Below, piece after piece: positions 37,721 to 46,451 of a stretch of 64,000 bases of DNA. The position numbers were made by a program, and so were the translations under genes. This DNA is from Polyangium jinanense (GTDB lineage Bacteria > Myxococcota_A > Polyangia > Polyangiales > Polyangiaceae). Numbering within the stretch: position 1 is the stretch's first letter; every line of letters begins with the position of its first letter. The notes below the pieces were generated by a model. That model saw nothing but the letters and a program-made list of their open reading frames with translations, ran no database searches and was not told the DNA's origin. Location of the stretch: contig NZ_JAGTJK010000012.1 in assembly GCF_028435265.1 (NCBI RefSeq), positions 102,900-166,899 on the forward strand, given 5' to 3'.

Positions 37721-38215
37721 ATGGAAACTAGTTTCTTGGAGATCGAGGGCGTCAAAGGCGAGAGCACGGCGAGCCAGGGGAAGGACAAGATCGAGATCCT
37801 TTCCTTCAGCCACACCGTCGCGATGCCTCTGACGGCGGGCGGCTCGGCGAACGCGCGCGCGCACGGCCGCACGGTTCATTCGGACTTCACGTTCAGCAAG
37901 TATCTCGACATCTCGTCGCCCACGCTGAACCTCAAGTGCAGCGGCGGCGACAACATCAAGAAGGCCGAGCTCACCGTCTTCCAGGCCGACAAGAATGACG
38001 GCGACATGGTTCTTTATTACAAGATCACGTTCGAGGACGTGATCCTGACGAACGTCGCGGTGAGCGGCGGCAGCGGCGGTCGTCCGGTCGAGACGGTCAC
38101 GTTCAACTACCGCAAGATCAAGTGGTCGTACGCCCAGCAGGGCCAGCCTTCGCCGGCCGGCAAGAAGGGCACGGCCGAGGCGGGGTGGACGCTCGAGGAA
38201 AACAAGAAGCTCTAA
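37721..38215 (+). CDS. hcp: Type VI secretion tube protein Hcp (TssD)
   Basis: 164 aa. The N-terminus FLEIEGVKGEST....KIEILSFSH is a classic Hcp signature. GGAGG RBS. Confidence 0.9.
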   Translation: METSFLEIEGVKGESTASQGKDKIEILSFSHTVAMPLTAGGSANARAHGRTVHSDFTFSKYLDISSPTLNLKCSGGDNIKKAELTVFQADKNDGDMVLYYKITFEDVILTNVAVSGGSGGRPVETVTFNYRKIKWSYAQQGQPSPAGKKGTAEAGWTLEENKKL

Positions 38216-38251
38216 CCCGAGGACGATTCGGCGTCCCAGGGGAACGACAGA

Positions 38252-38728
38252 ATGGCGAAAGCGTGGGGAGCCACGAGCGCGGGCAGGGTTCCCCTGTTCG
38301 ACCGGCTGGTCGACGAGAACCCTGCTCAAAAACAGGAAGCCGTCCCCTATTGCACCCTCGATCGAGACGGGCTGCGCGCCTCGGTGGCCCGCGAGCTCGG
38401 TCGAATCCTCGGCACCCGCAGCCCCATCTCCGGCGACGAGGCTCTCTCCCGGCAGCGCACGACCATCGATTATGGTTTGCCCGACCTCGAGCTCGGCGGC
38501 CGTGCGCTCGTCCCGGAGGAGCTTCGCCGTCTCGTGCGCCTCGTGCAAAAGACGATCGAGGCGTACGAGCCGAGGCTCCAGAACGTACGCGTGGAAATCA
38601 AGCGATGCGAGGACGCGCCGCCGCATGCGCGCCTCGTGGTCGCGCTCTCGGCGACGCTCGTCACCGACGAGGTGCGTGAGCCCCTCTCGTTCGAGGCGCC
38701 GCTCGAAGGAGGCCCGGGGGCCGCATGA
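38252..38728 (+). CDS. tssE: Type VI secretion baseplate protein TssE (gp25-like)
   Basis: PLFDRLVDE..SV.RELGRILGTR...YGLPDL...RLV.L.IE.YEPRL..V.V matches the TssE/GPW-gp25 pattern. Confidence 0.85.
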   Translation: MAKAWGATSAGRVPLFDRLVDENPAQKQEAVPYCTLDRDGLRASVARELGRILGTRSPISGDEALSRQRTTIDYGLPDLELGGRALVPEELRRLVRLVQKTIEAYEPRLQNVRVEIKRCEDAPPHARLVVALSATLVTDEVREPLSFEAPLEGGPGAA

Positions 38729-40533
38729 GCAAGGGTGATCCGGATCGGGAAATGCTCGAGCTGTATGCGCGTGAGCTCGCGTATCTGCGCGAGCGTGGCG
38801 CCGAGTTCGCCAAGGATTATCCGAAGATCGCGGCGCGCCTCGGCACCTCGAACCAGGCCTCGTCCGATCCACACGTCGAGCGCCTGGTCGAGGCATTCGC
38901 GTTCCTCTCGGCGCGCCTCACGCGCGACATCGAGGCGGAGCTGCCGATTTACACGACCTCGCTGCTCGGCACCCTTTATCCGCAGCTCGCGTGTCCCGTG
39001 CCGGCGATGGCGATCGCCGGGTTCGAGATCGACCCGAAGGAGGCCAAGCTCGGCTCCGGGTACACGGTCGAGAAGCACACGCCGCTTTTCGCGGCCTCGC
39101 AAACCGGGCCGGTCTGTCATTTCCGCACCGCGTATCCGGTCACGCTCTGGCCGATCGAGATCGTCAATGCGGGCATGGTCCCGCCCGAGAACCTCGACGT
39201 TCCCTCGTGGCTGCTCACGAACGCGGCGGCGGCGCTGGAGATCGAGATCGCGACGGGCGGCGTTCCGCTCGACAAACTCGGCATGCGCTCGCTCCGCTTC
39301 CACATCACGGGCGGGGGCATGGGCGCGGCGCGCCTCTACGATCTGCTCGCGGCGCACGCCGTGCAGGTCCTCGTGGTCGGGGAAAAACCCTCGGAGGACT
39401 GGGCCTACGGAAAGATCCGGCCCGTCGGCTTCGAGGCGAACGAGGACGTCCTGCCGTATCCGCCGCACGCGCACCGCGGCCATCGCCTCGTGCAGGAGTA
39501 TTTCGCGTTCCCGGAGAAGTTCCATTTCTTCGACCTCGAACTGCCGAAGCTCCCGCCGCGCAAGAACGCGAAGATCCTCGTCCTCTTCGATCAGAAGCCG
39601 CCGGCCGGCGTCGCGGTTCGCCCGACGACGTTGAAGCTCGGCTGCACCCCGATCATCAACCTCTTCCCGCGCAGCGCCGAGCCCATCCGCGTCGATCACA
39701 CCCGGCCCGAATATCGCCTCGTCGCGGACGCGCGTCGCGAGCGGACCACGGAGATCCATTCGATCACGCGCGTCGCGGCCACGGCGCCCGGCGAGCCCAA
39801 GCAGATCGATTACGCGCCTTTCTTCTCGTTCGTGCACCACCGCGCGGGCGAAAGACCCCGCGCGTTCTGGCACGCGCGCCGCGTCGCCACGGGCCGCAAG
39901 GATCTGCCGGGCACCGACGTCTGGCTCACGTTCGTCGACACCGATTTCAAGCTCTCACGTCCCCCGTCGGAGACCGTTTACGCCGGCGTCCTCTGCACGA
40001 ACCGCGACCTCGCGAACGAGATCGCCAAGGACACGCAGCTCTCCCCCGAGCGCCCCGTCCCGGCCAAGAAAATCGTTTGTCTGACGAAACCAACCCCCCA
40101 GCGCGCCGCGCCGATGGGCGGCGAAGCGCTCTGGCGGCTCGTCTCGAACCTTTCGCAGAACCACCTCTCGATCACGGACGGCAAGACCGGCGTCGCCGCG
40201 CTCCGCGAGATCCTGCGCGCCTACGTCTTCGGCGATTCGCCCGACGCCGAGCGCCAGATCGACGCGCTCCTCGAAATTTCGAGCCGCGTGGTCACGCGTC
40301 GCCTCGGCAATGACGCGTGGCGGGGGTATTGCCGGGGCCTCGAGATCACGCTCACGCTCGCGGACGAGCAGTTCGCCGGATCGAGCCCGGTCCTTTTGGC
40401 CTCGGTCTTGAGCCGATTTTTCGCCTTGCAGGCGCACATCAATGCGTTCACCGAGCTCGTCCTGAAGCGCGCCTCGCGCGCGGAGGTCTGGAAACGATGG
40501 CCGCCCACGGCTGGCGAAAGAGCCCTTCTGTAG
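38725..40533 (+). CDS. tssF: Type VI secretion baseplate protein TssF
   Basis: N-terminus LELYARELAYLRERGAEFAKDYPKIAARLG..DPHVERLVEAFAFLSARL is the TssF signature. 602 aa. Confidence 0.9.
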   Translation: MSKGDPDREMLELYARELAYLRERGAEFAKDYPKIAARLGTSNQASSDPHVERLVEAFAFLSARLTRDIEAELPIYTTSLLGTLYPQLACPVPAMAIAGFEIDPKEAKLGSGYTVEKHTPLFAASQTGPVCHFRTAYPVTLWPIEIVNAGMVPPENLDVPSWLLTNAAAALEIEIATGGVPLDKLGMRSLRFHITGGGMGAARLYDLLAAHAVQVLVVGEKPSEDWAYGKIRPVGFEANEDVLPYPPHAHRGHRLVQEYFAFPEKFHFFDLELPKLPPRKNAKILVLFDQKPPAGVAVRPTTLKLGCTPIINLFPRSAEPIRVDHTRPEYRLVADARRERTTEIHSITRVAATAPGEPKQIDYAPFFSFVHHRAGERPRAFWHARRVATGRKDLPGTDVWLTFVDTDFKLSRPPSETVYAGVLCTNRDLANEIAKDTQLSPERPVPAKKIVCLTKPTPQRAAPMGGEALWRLVSNLSQNHLSITDGKTGVAALREILRAYVFGDSPDAERQIDALLEISSRVVTRRLGNDAWRGYCRGLEITLTLADEQFAGSSPVLLASVLSRFFALQAHINAFTELVLKRASRAEVWKRWPPTAGERALL

Positions 40534-41558
40534 AGGCCTGGCTCTTCGACGAGGGGCACGCCTTCGATTTTTATCAGGCCGTCTCCCTCCTCGAACGCTT
40601 TCGGGAAGGCGACGCCGTCCCCGTCGGCGAGGGCTCCGATCCTTCGCGCGAGTCCGTGCGATTCGCCGGGAGCATCGCGCTCGCCTTCCCCGAGACCGAC
40701 GTCGCGCGCATTCGCCCGCCGCACCGCGAACGCGAGCCCGCGCAGATGCTCGTGAACTTCCTCGGTCTCGGCGGCGCCCTCGGCCCACTGCCGCCGCCGA
40801 TCGTCGAGTCGATTTACATGCGCGCCGTCCGCGGCGACACCGCGGCGCGGGATTTCCTCGACATCTTCAACCATCGCCTCGTCTCGTTCGCATATCGCAT
40901 CCGCAAGAACCATCGCCTCGGCCTCGGCATCTCCTCGCCCGAAAAAGACGGCGCGGCGCGGCACCTCTTCGCGCTCATGGGCCTCGGCTTTCAGGCGCTC
41001 GAAGGCCGCCTCGCGGTCCAGGATCGCGCCCTGCTCGAACACGCGGCAAACCTCGGAAGCGAGTCCCGTTCGCTCGAAGGCCTCGTCGCCATTCTCCGCC
41101 GGCATTTCGGCGTCCCCATCGAGCCCATCCCGCTCACAGGCGCCTTTCACCCGATCGAGGAAAACGATCGCACGGCGATCGGCCGATCCGGTCAGAACCG
41201 CGCACTCGGCCGCGACGCATGTCTGGGGGGCCGTTTCTGGGATCAGGAGTCCACGTTCGATCTGCGCATCGGGCCCATGAAGCTCGATGAATTCCTGCGA
41301 TTCCTCCCGGACGGCGACGCGCTCCGGCCTCTCTGCTCCCTCGTCCGTTTTTATGCAGGCGCACGATTCCACTTTGGCCTCATCCTCGTGCTGGCCGAGG
41401 GCGAGGCGCCGCGGATCGAGCTCGGCCGCGCCACGTGCGCGCTCCTCGGCCAAATCGCCTGGCTCGGAAACGTGAACAAGCACGGCGGCAGGGTGCGCGA
41501 GGTGCGTTTGTCGCGTGCGGCCATTCGGAAAGGCCTCGGTGAGGCGCCGGGCGGCTGA
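40497..41558 (+). CDS. tssG: Type VI secretion baseplate protein TssG
   Basis: FDFYQAVSLLE motif. 353 aa. Overlaps the tssF 3' end. Confidence 0.85.
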   Translation: MAAHGWRKSPSVEAWLFDEGHAFDFYQAVSLLERFREGDAVPVGEGSDPSRESVRFAGSIALAFPETDVARIRPPHREREPAQMLVNFLGLGGALGPLPPPIVESIYMRAVRGDTAARDFLDIFNHRLVSFAYRIRKNHRLGLGISSPEKDGAARHLFALMGLGFQALEGRLAVQDRALLEHAANLGSESRSLEGLVAILRRHFGVPIEPIPLTGAFHPIEENDRTAIGRSGQNRALGRDACLGGRFWDQESTFDLRIGPMKLDEFLRFLPDGDALRPLCSLVRFYAGARFHFGLILVLAEGEAPRIELGRATCALLGQIAWLGNVNKHGGRVREVRLSRAAIRKGLGEAPGG

Positions 41559-41611
41559 AACACTCCCTTGTCAACCGTCTGCGCGCCGGGATATCGTTCT
41601 GCTGAGGCCTT

Positions 41612-44600
41612 ATGACGACTGCAGAACAGAGCCAGGGCGCCACGGAGAGCATTCCGAGCAAGCTCGGGAAGTTCGCCACGGAGCAGATCGACAAGGCCGA
41701 GGTCACGGTCACGAAGGGCGTCTCTACCGTCCGTGACTCCACGAACCAGATCATCAGCAAGGCCGAAGAGCAGATCCTCAAGCTCAACAAGGCCCTCTAC
41801 GAGACCAAGAACGGCATCTCGTCCGGCATCGACACGGCCATCAAGGAGACGGAAGGCCAGCTCAAAGGGATCACGCCCGAGCTCAAGAAGATGGGCGAGG
41901 ATGCGATCAAGACGGCCAAGGACAAACTCGACGGACTCGTCGACGAGGTCGAGGGCAAGCTCGAATCGCAAAAAGACTCGCTCGTCAAGACGGCGCAGGA
42001 TCAGATTCGGAACGCGGCCGATCAGGCGAAGGGCAAGATCGACGAGATCGGACAGCTCGGCGAGGATCAGGCGAAGAAGGTCCTCGATGCGGTCAAGACG
42101 CAGGCCGACACCGTCGATCAGAAGCTCGGCGATCTCGAGGGGCAGATCGACGGCAAGATCCAGGCGATCGGCGACGACGTGCGCGGCAAGTTCGAAGCGG
42201 CGCTCGCCAAGGTGCCGGATCACGACGGCGCGAAGGTCGAGATGTCGGCGAACGTCGACGCCGTCGTCGCGGAGCTGCGTAGTGCCACGAAGGACTCGAT
42301 CGAGCAGGCGCGCGAGACGCTCAAGTCGCTGGTCAAGCAGACCGACGACACGATCATGCAGACGATCGGCGACGTGCGGCGCGCGATCGGCGAGGTCCCC
42401 GCTCGCATCAACCAGTGTGCGCAGGACATCCTCGCGAAGGTCAATGACGCGATCCAGAAGACGATCGACGAGATCTCGAACCTCGCGCACGGGCTCGTGG
42501 CGCGCACGGCGGAGCTGCTCAACCAGGCGCTGCTCACGATCACGAGCACCGTCGACAAACTCCTCGCCGACGGCTTCGCGCTCGTGCGTGGGATCAAGGC
42601 GGATCTCGATCGTCTCCTCGACAAACTGCTCGAACAGATCCGGGATCTGACGCTCGGCACGCTGGAGGACGTCCGCAAGGCGGCGAACGAGCTACTCGGC
42701 ACGTTCGAGGCTGAATGCAAGAAGATCCTCCAGACGATGGAGGAGTCCGTCATCGGCTCGGTCGAGGAGCTCGGCGGCAAGATGAACGCCTCGATCAAGG
42801 CGCTCCAGGCCGACCTGAACCTCGATGCCGACAAGATCGTCCGGGACCTCGTGGCCGAGGGCGCGAAAGGGCACGACGACGCGCTCGCCGACTTCATCAG
42901 CGCTGGTTATTCCGAGGACACCTCGGTCATCCCCAAGATCCGGGCCAAGGGCGAGGCTGCGATCAAGCAGATCGAGGCCAAGACGAAGGCCCAAGGGGAG
43001 AAGCTGATCAAGGACTTCGAGATGCAGGCGACCCTGCTGAAGCCCAAGATCCAGGCGCAGGGTATCAAGGTCGTCGCGCAGATCGCCGCGCTCGGACCGA
43101 AGCTTGCGATGCAGGCGGTCCAGATTGCGACGAGCATCGCGTCGTCCATCAAGGACAAGGGCGAGGCGGTCAAGAAGACGTTCGAGGAGCTGCAAAAGAC
43201 GCTCGTCGACGCGATCACGAAGAAGATCCCCGATTACCTCGAAAACTGCAAGAAGCAGATCAAGGCCGCGGCCGATGCGCTCGTCGAGGCGGGCAAGACG
43301 TTCTACGAGAAGACGCTCGCCGACATCATGGGGGCGATCAAGGCGGCCGAGGCGCGGTTCAAGCAGCTTGCCTCGGAGATGAAGGACCTCATCGAGACGC
43401 AGGTCCTCGCGCTCGTGGCCTCCATTCGCAGGACGGTGGAGACGTCCATCCAGCGCTTCAAGGATCTCGGCGCCGCGTTCGAGGAAAAGACGAATGCGCT
43501 CGTCAACGACATCCCGGCGCGGCTCATCAAGCTGGAGCAGGTCGCGCGGCTCGCGGTCGAGCGCGAGATCACGCTGGCGAAGGGGCTCGCCAATGCGACG
43601 AAGGACGACATTCTCCTGAAGGCGCGGACGACGCTGTCGGAGATCAAAAAAGCGGCGTACGGGGTCCTCGGCGGCATCCGGGGCGATTTCGGCGCGGTGC
43701 AGGGATCGCTCGCGCTCATCGTCCCGGCGGGCGCGGGGCTCGACGCGGCGGGCGCGATCAACCTCGCGGTCTCGGGCGGGCTCGAAGGGATGATCGCGTC
43801 GGCGGCGAATGCGGCGCAGGCCGCGGTGACGGCGGGCGTGAATGCGGCCGAGGCCGTGAACAATGCAGCCGAGCAGGCGGCGGCCGCGATGAGCGCGGCT
43901 GGATTCGACGGCGCGGCGAAGTCATTGACGGACGTGCTCTCGCAGCAGATGGGCGAGGTGCGGACGGAGGGCGAGAAGGCCAAGAACGTCATTGCCGCGG
44001 CGAAGGAGAAGATGACGGCGGTCGCCAAGGAGGCGACGGACACCTGCACGCAGGCGGCGCAGGCGGCGCAGGCCGCGGCCGCGGAGGTCGTGGCGGCCGC
44101 GAATTCGACGGGCGACGCGATCAAGGCGTCGGCGGAGAACCTGACGAAGGGCCTCGAAAAGGCGAAGGACATCGTCAAGGATGCCGGCAAGGCCGCGATG
44201 CAATCGATGAAAGAGGCCCAGGACGTGCGCAAGGGAGGCGACGGCGCGCAAGCCGGCGCGGGTGCGCAGGCCAAGGCCGGCGGGGCGGATGGCGCGGCGG
44301 CGGGCGCGGATGCGGGCGGCGCGGATGGCTTGGCGGTGCCCGAGGGCGAGGCGGCGGCTCCGGAAGGGGAGGCGGCCGCGGCTCCGGGCGGCGCGGAGGC
44401 GGCTCCGGACGGCGCGGCGGCGGCTCCGGATGTCAAGGCAGCGGCTCCGGATGCCAAGGCGGCGGTTCCGGATGCCAAGGTGGCGGTTCCGGATGCCAAG
44501 GTGGCGGTTCCGGATGCCAAGGTGGCGGCTCCGGATGCCTCGAAATCGGCGCCGGATGTCCCGAAATCGGCGCCGGATGTCTCGAAACCGGAACTGGACG

Positions 44601-45289
44601 TCTCGAAACCGGAACCAGGCGCCGATGTAGCGGCGGTGGCCGCCAAGGTACCGGATCCGGCTGCCAAGGTAGCGGCTCCGGCCGCCAAGGTAGAGGTGCC
44701 GGCCGCCAAGGTAGAGGCGCCGGCCGCCAAGGTAGAGGCGCCGGCCGCCAAGGTAGAGGCGCCGGCCGCCAAGGTAGAAATTCCGGGCGCCCCGAAAGCG
44801 GCGCCGGCCGCCAAGGTAGAAATTCCGGCCGCCCCGAAGGCGGCGCCGGCCGCCAAGGTAGACATTCCGGCTGCCAAGGTAGACGTTCCGGCTGCCAAGG
44901 CGGTGCCCGGCGTGCCGGAAGGCAAGGCTCCGGCGCCCCCAGGCAAAGCTGCGATGCCGGAAGGCAAACCGCAGGTGCCCGAAGGCGGCATGCCCGGGGT
45001 GCCAAAAACCGGCGAAAAGCCCGCCTTTCCTCCCGCCCCCGCGCCTCAGGCCCCCGCGCCTCCCGCTCCGGCGGACGTGGCCCCCTTCGCGCCCGCGCCG
45101 AAGCCGCCGGCCGCGCCCGCCGTCCCTGCCGGCGCGAAACCCGCGCCCGCCGCGCCCGCCGCCCCCGTGATCCCTGCCGGCGCGAAACCCGCGCCCGCCG
45201 CGCCCGCGCCGCCCGCCACGCCCGCGGCCAAGCCCGTCGTTCCCGCCGCCCCCGGCAGCAAATGGCCTGGCAGCGGCAACAAGCCTTGA
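41612..45289 (+). CDS. Giant (1225 aa) all-helical repeat protein with C-terminal 7-aa tandem repeats and an Ala/Pro-rich tail. Function unknown. Located 53 bp after tssG
   Basis: No Cys/Trp-rich domains. K/E/D/A/Q-rich amphipathic 11/22-mer-like helices over ~1000 aa. Then (VPDAKVA)n and (PAAKVEA)n repeats, then a PAPAPKP-type tail. Weak GAGG RBS. Confidence 0.7.
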   Translation: MTTAEQSQGATESIPSKLGKFATEQIDKAEVTVTKGVSTVRDSTNQIISKAEEQILKLNKALYETKNGISSGIDTAIKETEGQLKGITPELKKMGEDAIKTAKDKLDGLVDEVEGKLESQKDSLVKTAQDQIRNAADQAKGKIDEIGQLGEDQAKKVLDAVKTQADTVDQKLGDLEGQIDGKIQAIGDDVRGKFEAALAKVPDHDGAKVEMSANVDAVVAELRSATKDSIEQARETLKSLVKQTDDTIMQTIGDVRRAIGEVPARINQCAQDILAKVNDAIQKTIDEISNLAHGLVARTAELLNQALLTITSTVDKLLADGFALVRGIKADLDRLLDKLLEQIRDLTLGTLEDVRKAANELLGTFEAECKKILQTMEESVIGSVEELGGKMNASIKALQADLNLDADKIVRDLVAEGAKGHDDALADFISAGYSEDTSVIPKIRAKGEAAIKQIEAKTKAQGEKLIKDFEMQATLLKPKIQAQGIKVVAQIAALGPKLAMQAVQIATSIASSIKDKGEAVKKTFEELQKTLVDAITKKIPDYLENCKKQIKAAADALVEAGKTFYEKTLADIMGAIKAAEARFKQLASEMKDLIETQVLALVASIRRTVETSIQRFKDLGAAFEEKTNALVNDIPARLIKLEQVARLAVEREITLAKGLANATKDDILLKARTTLSEIKKAAYGVLGGIRGDFGAVQGSLALIVPAGAGLDAAGAINLAVSGGLEGMIASAANAAQAAVTAGVNAAEAVNNAAEQAAAAMSAAGFDGAAKSLTDVLSQQMGEVRTEGEKAKNVIAAAKEKMTAVAKEATDTCTQAAQAAQAAAAEVVAAANSTGDAIKASAENLTKGLEKAKDIVKDAGKAAMQSMKEAQDVRKGGDGAQAGAGAQAKAGGADGAAAGADAGGADGLAVPEGEAAAPEGEAAAAPGGAEAAPDGAAAAPDVKAAAPDAKAAVPDAKVAVPDAKVAVPDAKVAAPDASKSAPDVPKSAPDVSKPELDVSKPEPGADVAAVAAKVPDPAAKVAAPAAKVEVPAAKVEAPAAKVEAPAAKVEAPAAKVEIPGAPKAAPAAKVEIPAAPKAAPAAKVDIPAAKVDVPAAKAVPGVPEGKAPAPPGKAAMPEGKPQVPEGGMPGVPKTGEKPAFPPAPAPQAPAPPAPADVAPFAPAPKPPAAPAVPAGAKPAPAAPAAPVIPAGAKPAPAAPAPPATPAAKPVVPAAPGSKWPGSGNKP
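44440..44900 (+). repeat. In-frame 21-bp tandem repeats (ggcggttccggatgccaaggt x4; gccggccgccaaggtagaggc x4 and variants)
   Basis: Direct reading of the sequence. The repeats encode (A/V)VPDAKV and APAAKVE heptads. Confidence 0.8.
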
Positions 45290-45296
45290 AGAGCGC

Positions 45297-45686
45297 TCAG
45301 GGCACCTGCACCGTGACCTGCCCGGGGAACGAGATCTGAATCACCCCGCCCCACATGCACATCAGCTTCGAGCTGTTGTTCAGCGCGGGCATGTTCGCGA
45401 GCAGCACCGTTGGGGCACCGACGATCCACGGCGCCGGCGTGTTCGGAATGCACGGCATTGGCGTGAGCACGCCCATCGCCGCCGCCGTCGCCGCGGCCAC
45501 CGTCGGGTTCGCCAGGCTCTGACACATCCCGAACGGCAGCACGTTCAGCATGGGCTTGCCGTCCATGATGTTCGCCAGCGGCCCCGCGCTGTTCATCGTC
45601 CGGTTCGCGGGAAGCACCGTGAGCGAGCTCGGCGCCACGCCGAAGCTGCATTGCATCATCGCCCCCATGCATACGTGCTGGCCCAT
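45297..45686 (-). CDS. DUF4280-family PAAR-like protein (T6SS spike tip)
   Basis: VCMGAMMQCSFGVAPSSL.V...N......PLANIMD..P..NVLPFGMC.S.ANP.V...TAAAMGVLTPMPCIP.T..PW..GAPTVL....PAL...S...C.WGG.I.I.FPGQ matches the DUF4280 pattern. Confidence 0.85.
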   Translation of the reverse strand: MGQHVCMGAMMQCSFGVAPSSLTVLPANRTMNSAGPLANIMDGKPMLNVLPFGMCQSLANPTVAAATAAAMGVLTPMPCIPNTPAPWIVGAPTVLLANMPALNNSSKLMCMWGGVIQISFPGQVTVQVP

Positions 45687-45688
45687 CG

Positions 45689-46441
45689 TCAGCCTCCCGC
45701 GAGCTTGTTCACGACCTTGTCGAAGAAGGACTCTTTTTTCTCCTCCTTCGCCTTCGGAATGCCCTTGTCGTCGTACTCGACCTCGCCGCGCTTCTCGCCG
45801 TCCTTGTACGTCGCCTTCGCCTTCAGCTTGCCCTGCACGTCGTAGCTGAACGCGTCGCCTTGCTTCTTGCCGTTGTCATAGATGGCGCGCTCGCGGACCT
45901 CGCCGTTCGGGAAGTACTCGATCACCTCCCCGTGCAGTTTGTCGGCCTTGTAGCTCGCTTTGCGCAGGGTGTTGCCCTTGCCGTCGAGGAACAAGGATTC
46001 CCCTTCGAGCTTGCCGTTCTTGTAGAACGACCGGACGACCTCGTTGCCCTGCTCGTCGAACGACATGAACGGGCCGTTCTGCTTGCCCTTCTCGAAATGC
46101 ATGAGCGTCCGGAGCCGGCCGTCGTCGTAGAGCCGCGTCGGCCCGTGCTGCTCGCCCTTCGCGAACGTGACGATCTGCGAGACCTTGCCGTTCTCGTCTA
46201 CGATCTTCGTCTCGCCGTGGAGCACGCCGTCCTGGAATGACGAACGCTCGACCTCGCGTCCTTCCGGATCGTACGTGATCGACAAACCGTGCAGCTTGCC
46301 GTTCTTGTAATTCGCCCGGTGCGCGATCTGCTTTTCGGTCTCCCCGTACTGGACGAACTCGCCGTGGAGCACGCCGTCTTCCATCTCGAACCGGGAGATC
46401 AGCTTGCCGTTCTCGTCGCGCTCTTCGTGGTCGGTCGGCAT
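45689..46441 (-). CDS. MORN-variant (YwqK-family) repeat protein
   Basis: Eight repeats of Y/F-K-N/D-G-K-x-H/Q-G-x-x-x-x-Y/F-D-x-x-G. Confidence 0.8.
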   Translation of the reverse strand: MPTDHEERDENGKLISRFEMEDGVLHGEFVQYGETEKQIAHRANYKNGKLHGLSITYDPEGREVERSSFQDGVLHGETKIVDENGKVSQIVTFAKGEQHGPTRLYDDGRLRTLMHFEKGKQNGPFMSFDEQGNEVVRSFYKNGKLEGESLFLDGKGNTLRKASYKADKLHGEVIEYFPNGEVRERAIYDNGKKQGDAFSYDVQGKLKAKATYKDGEKRGEVEYDDKGIPKAKEEKKESFFDKVVNKLAGG

Positions 46442-46451
46442 CGGATCCTCG

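Noticed and set aside
41612-45289. Giant helical protein as a horizontally acquired low-GC gene
   Set aside because: The apparent AT enrichment is largely explained by its Lys/Glu/Asp/Ile-rich composition (AAG/GAG/GAC/ATC codons). Third positions remain G/C-biased, so horizontal origin is not supported by composition alone.
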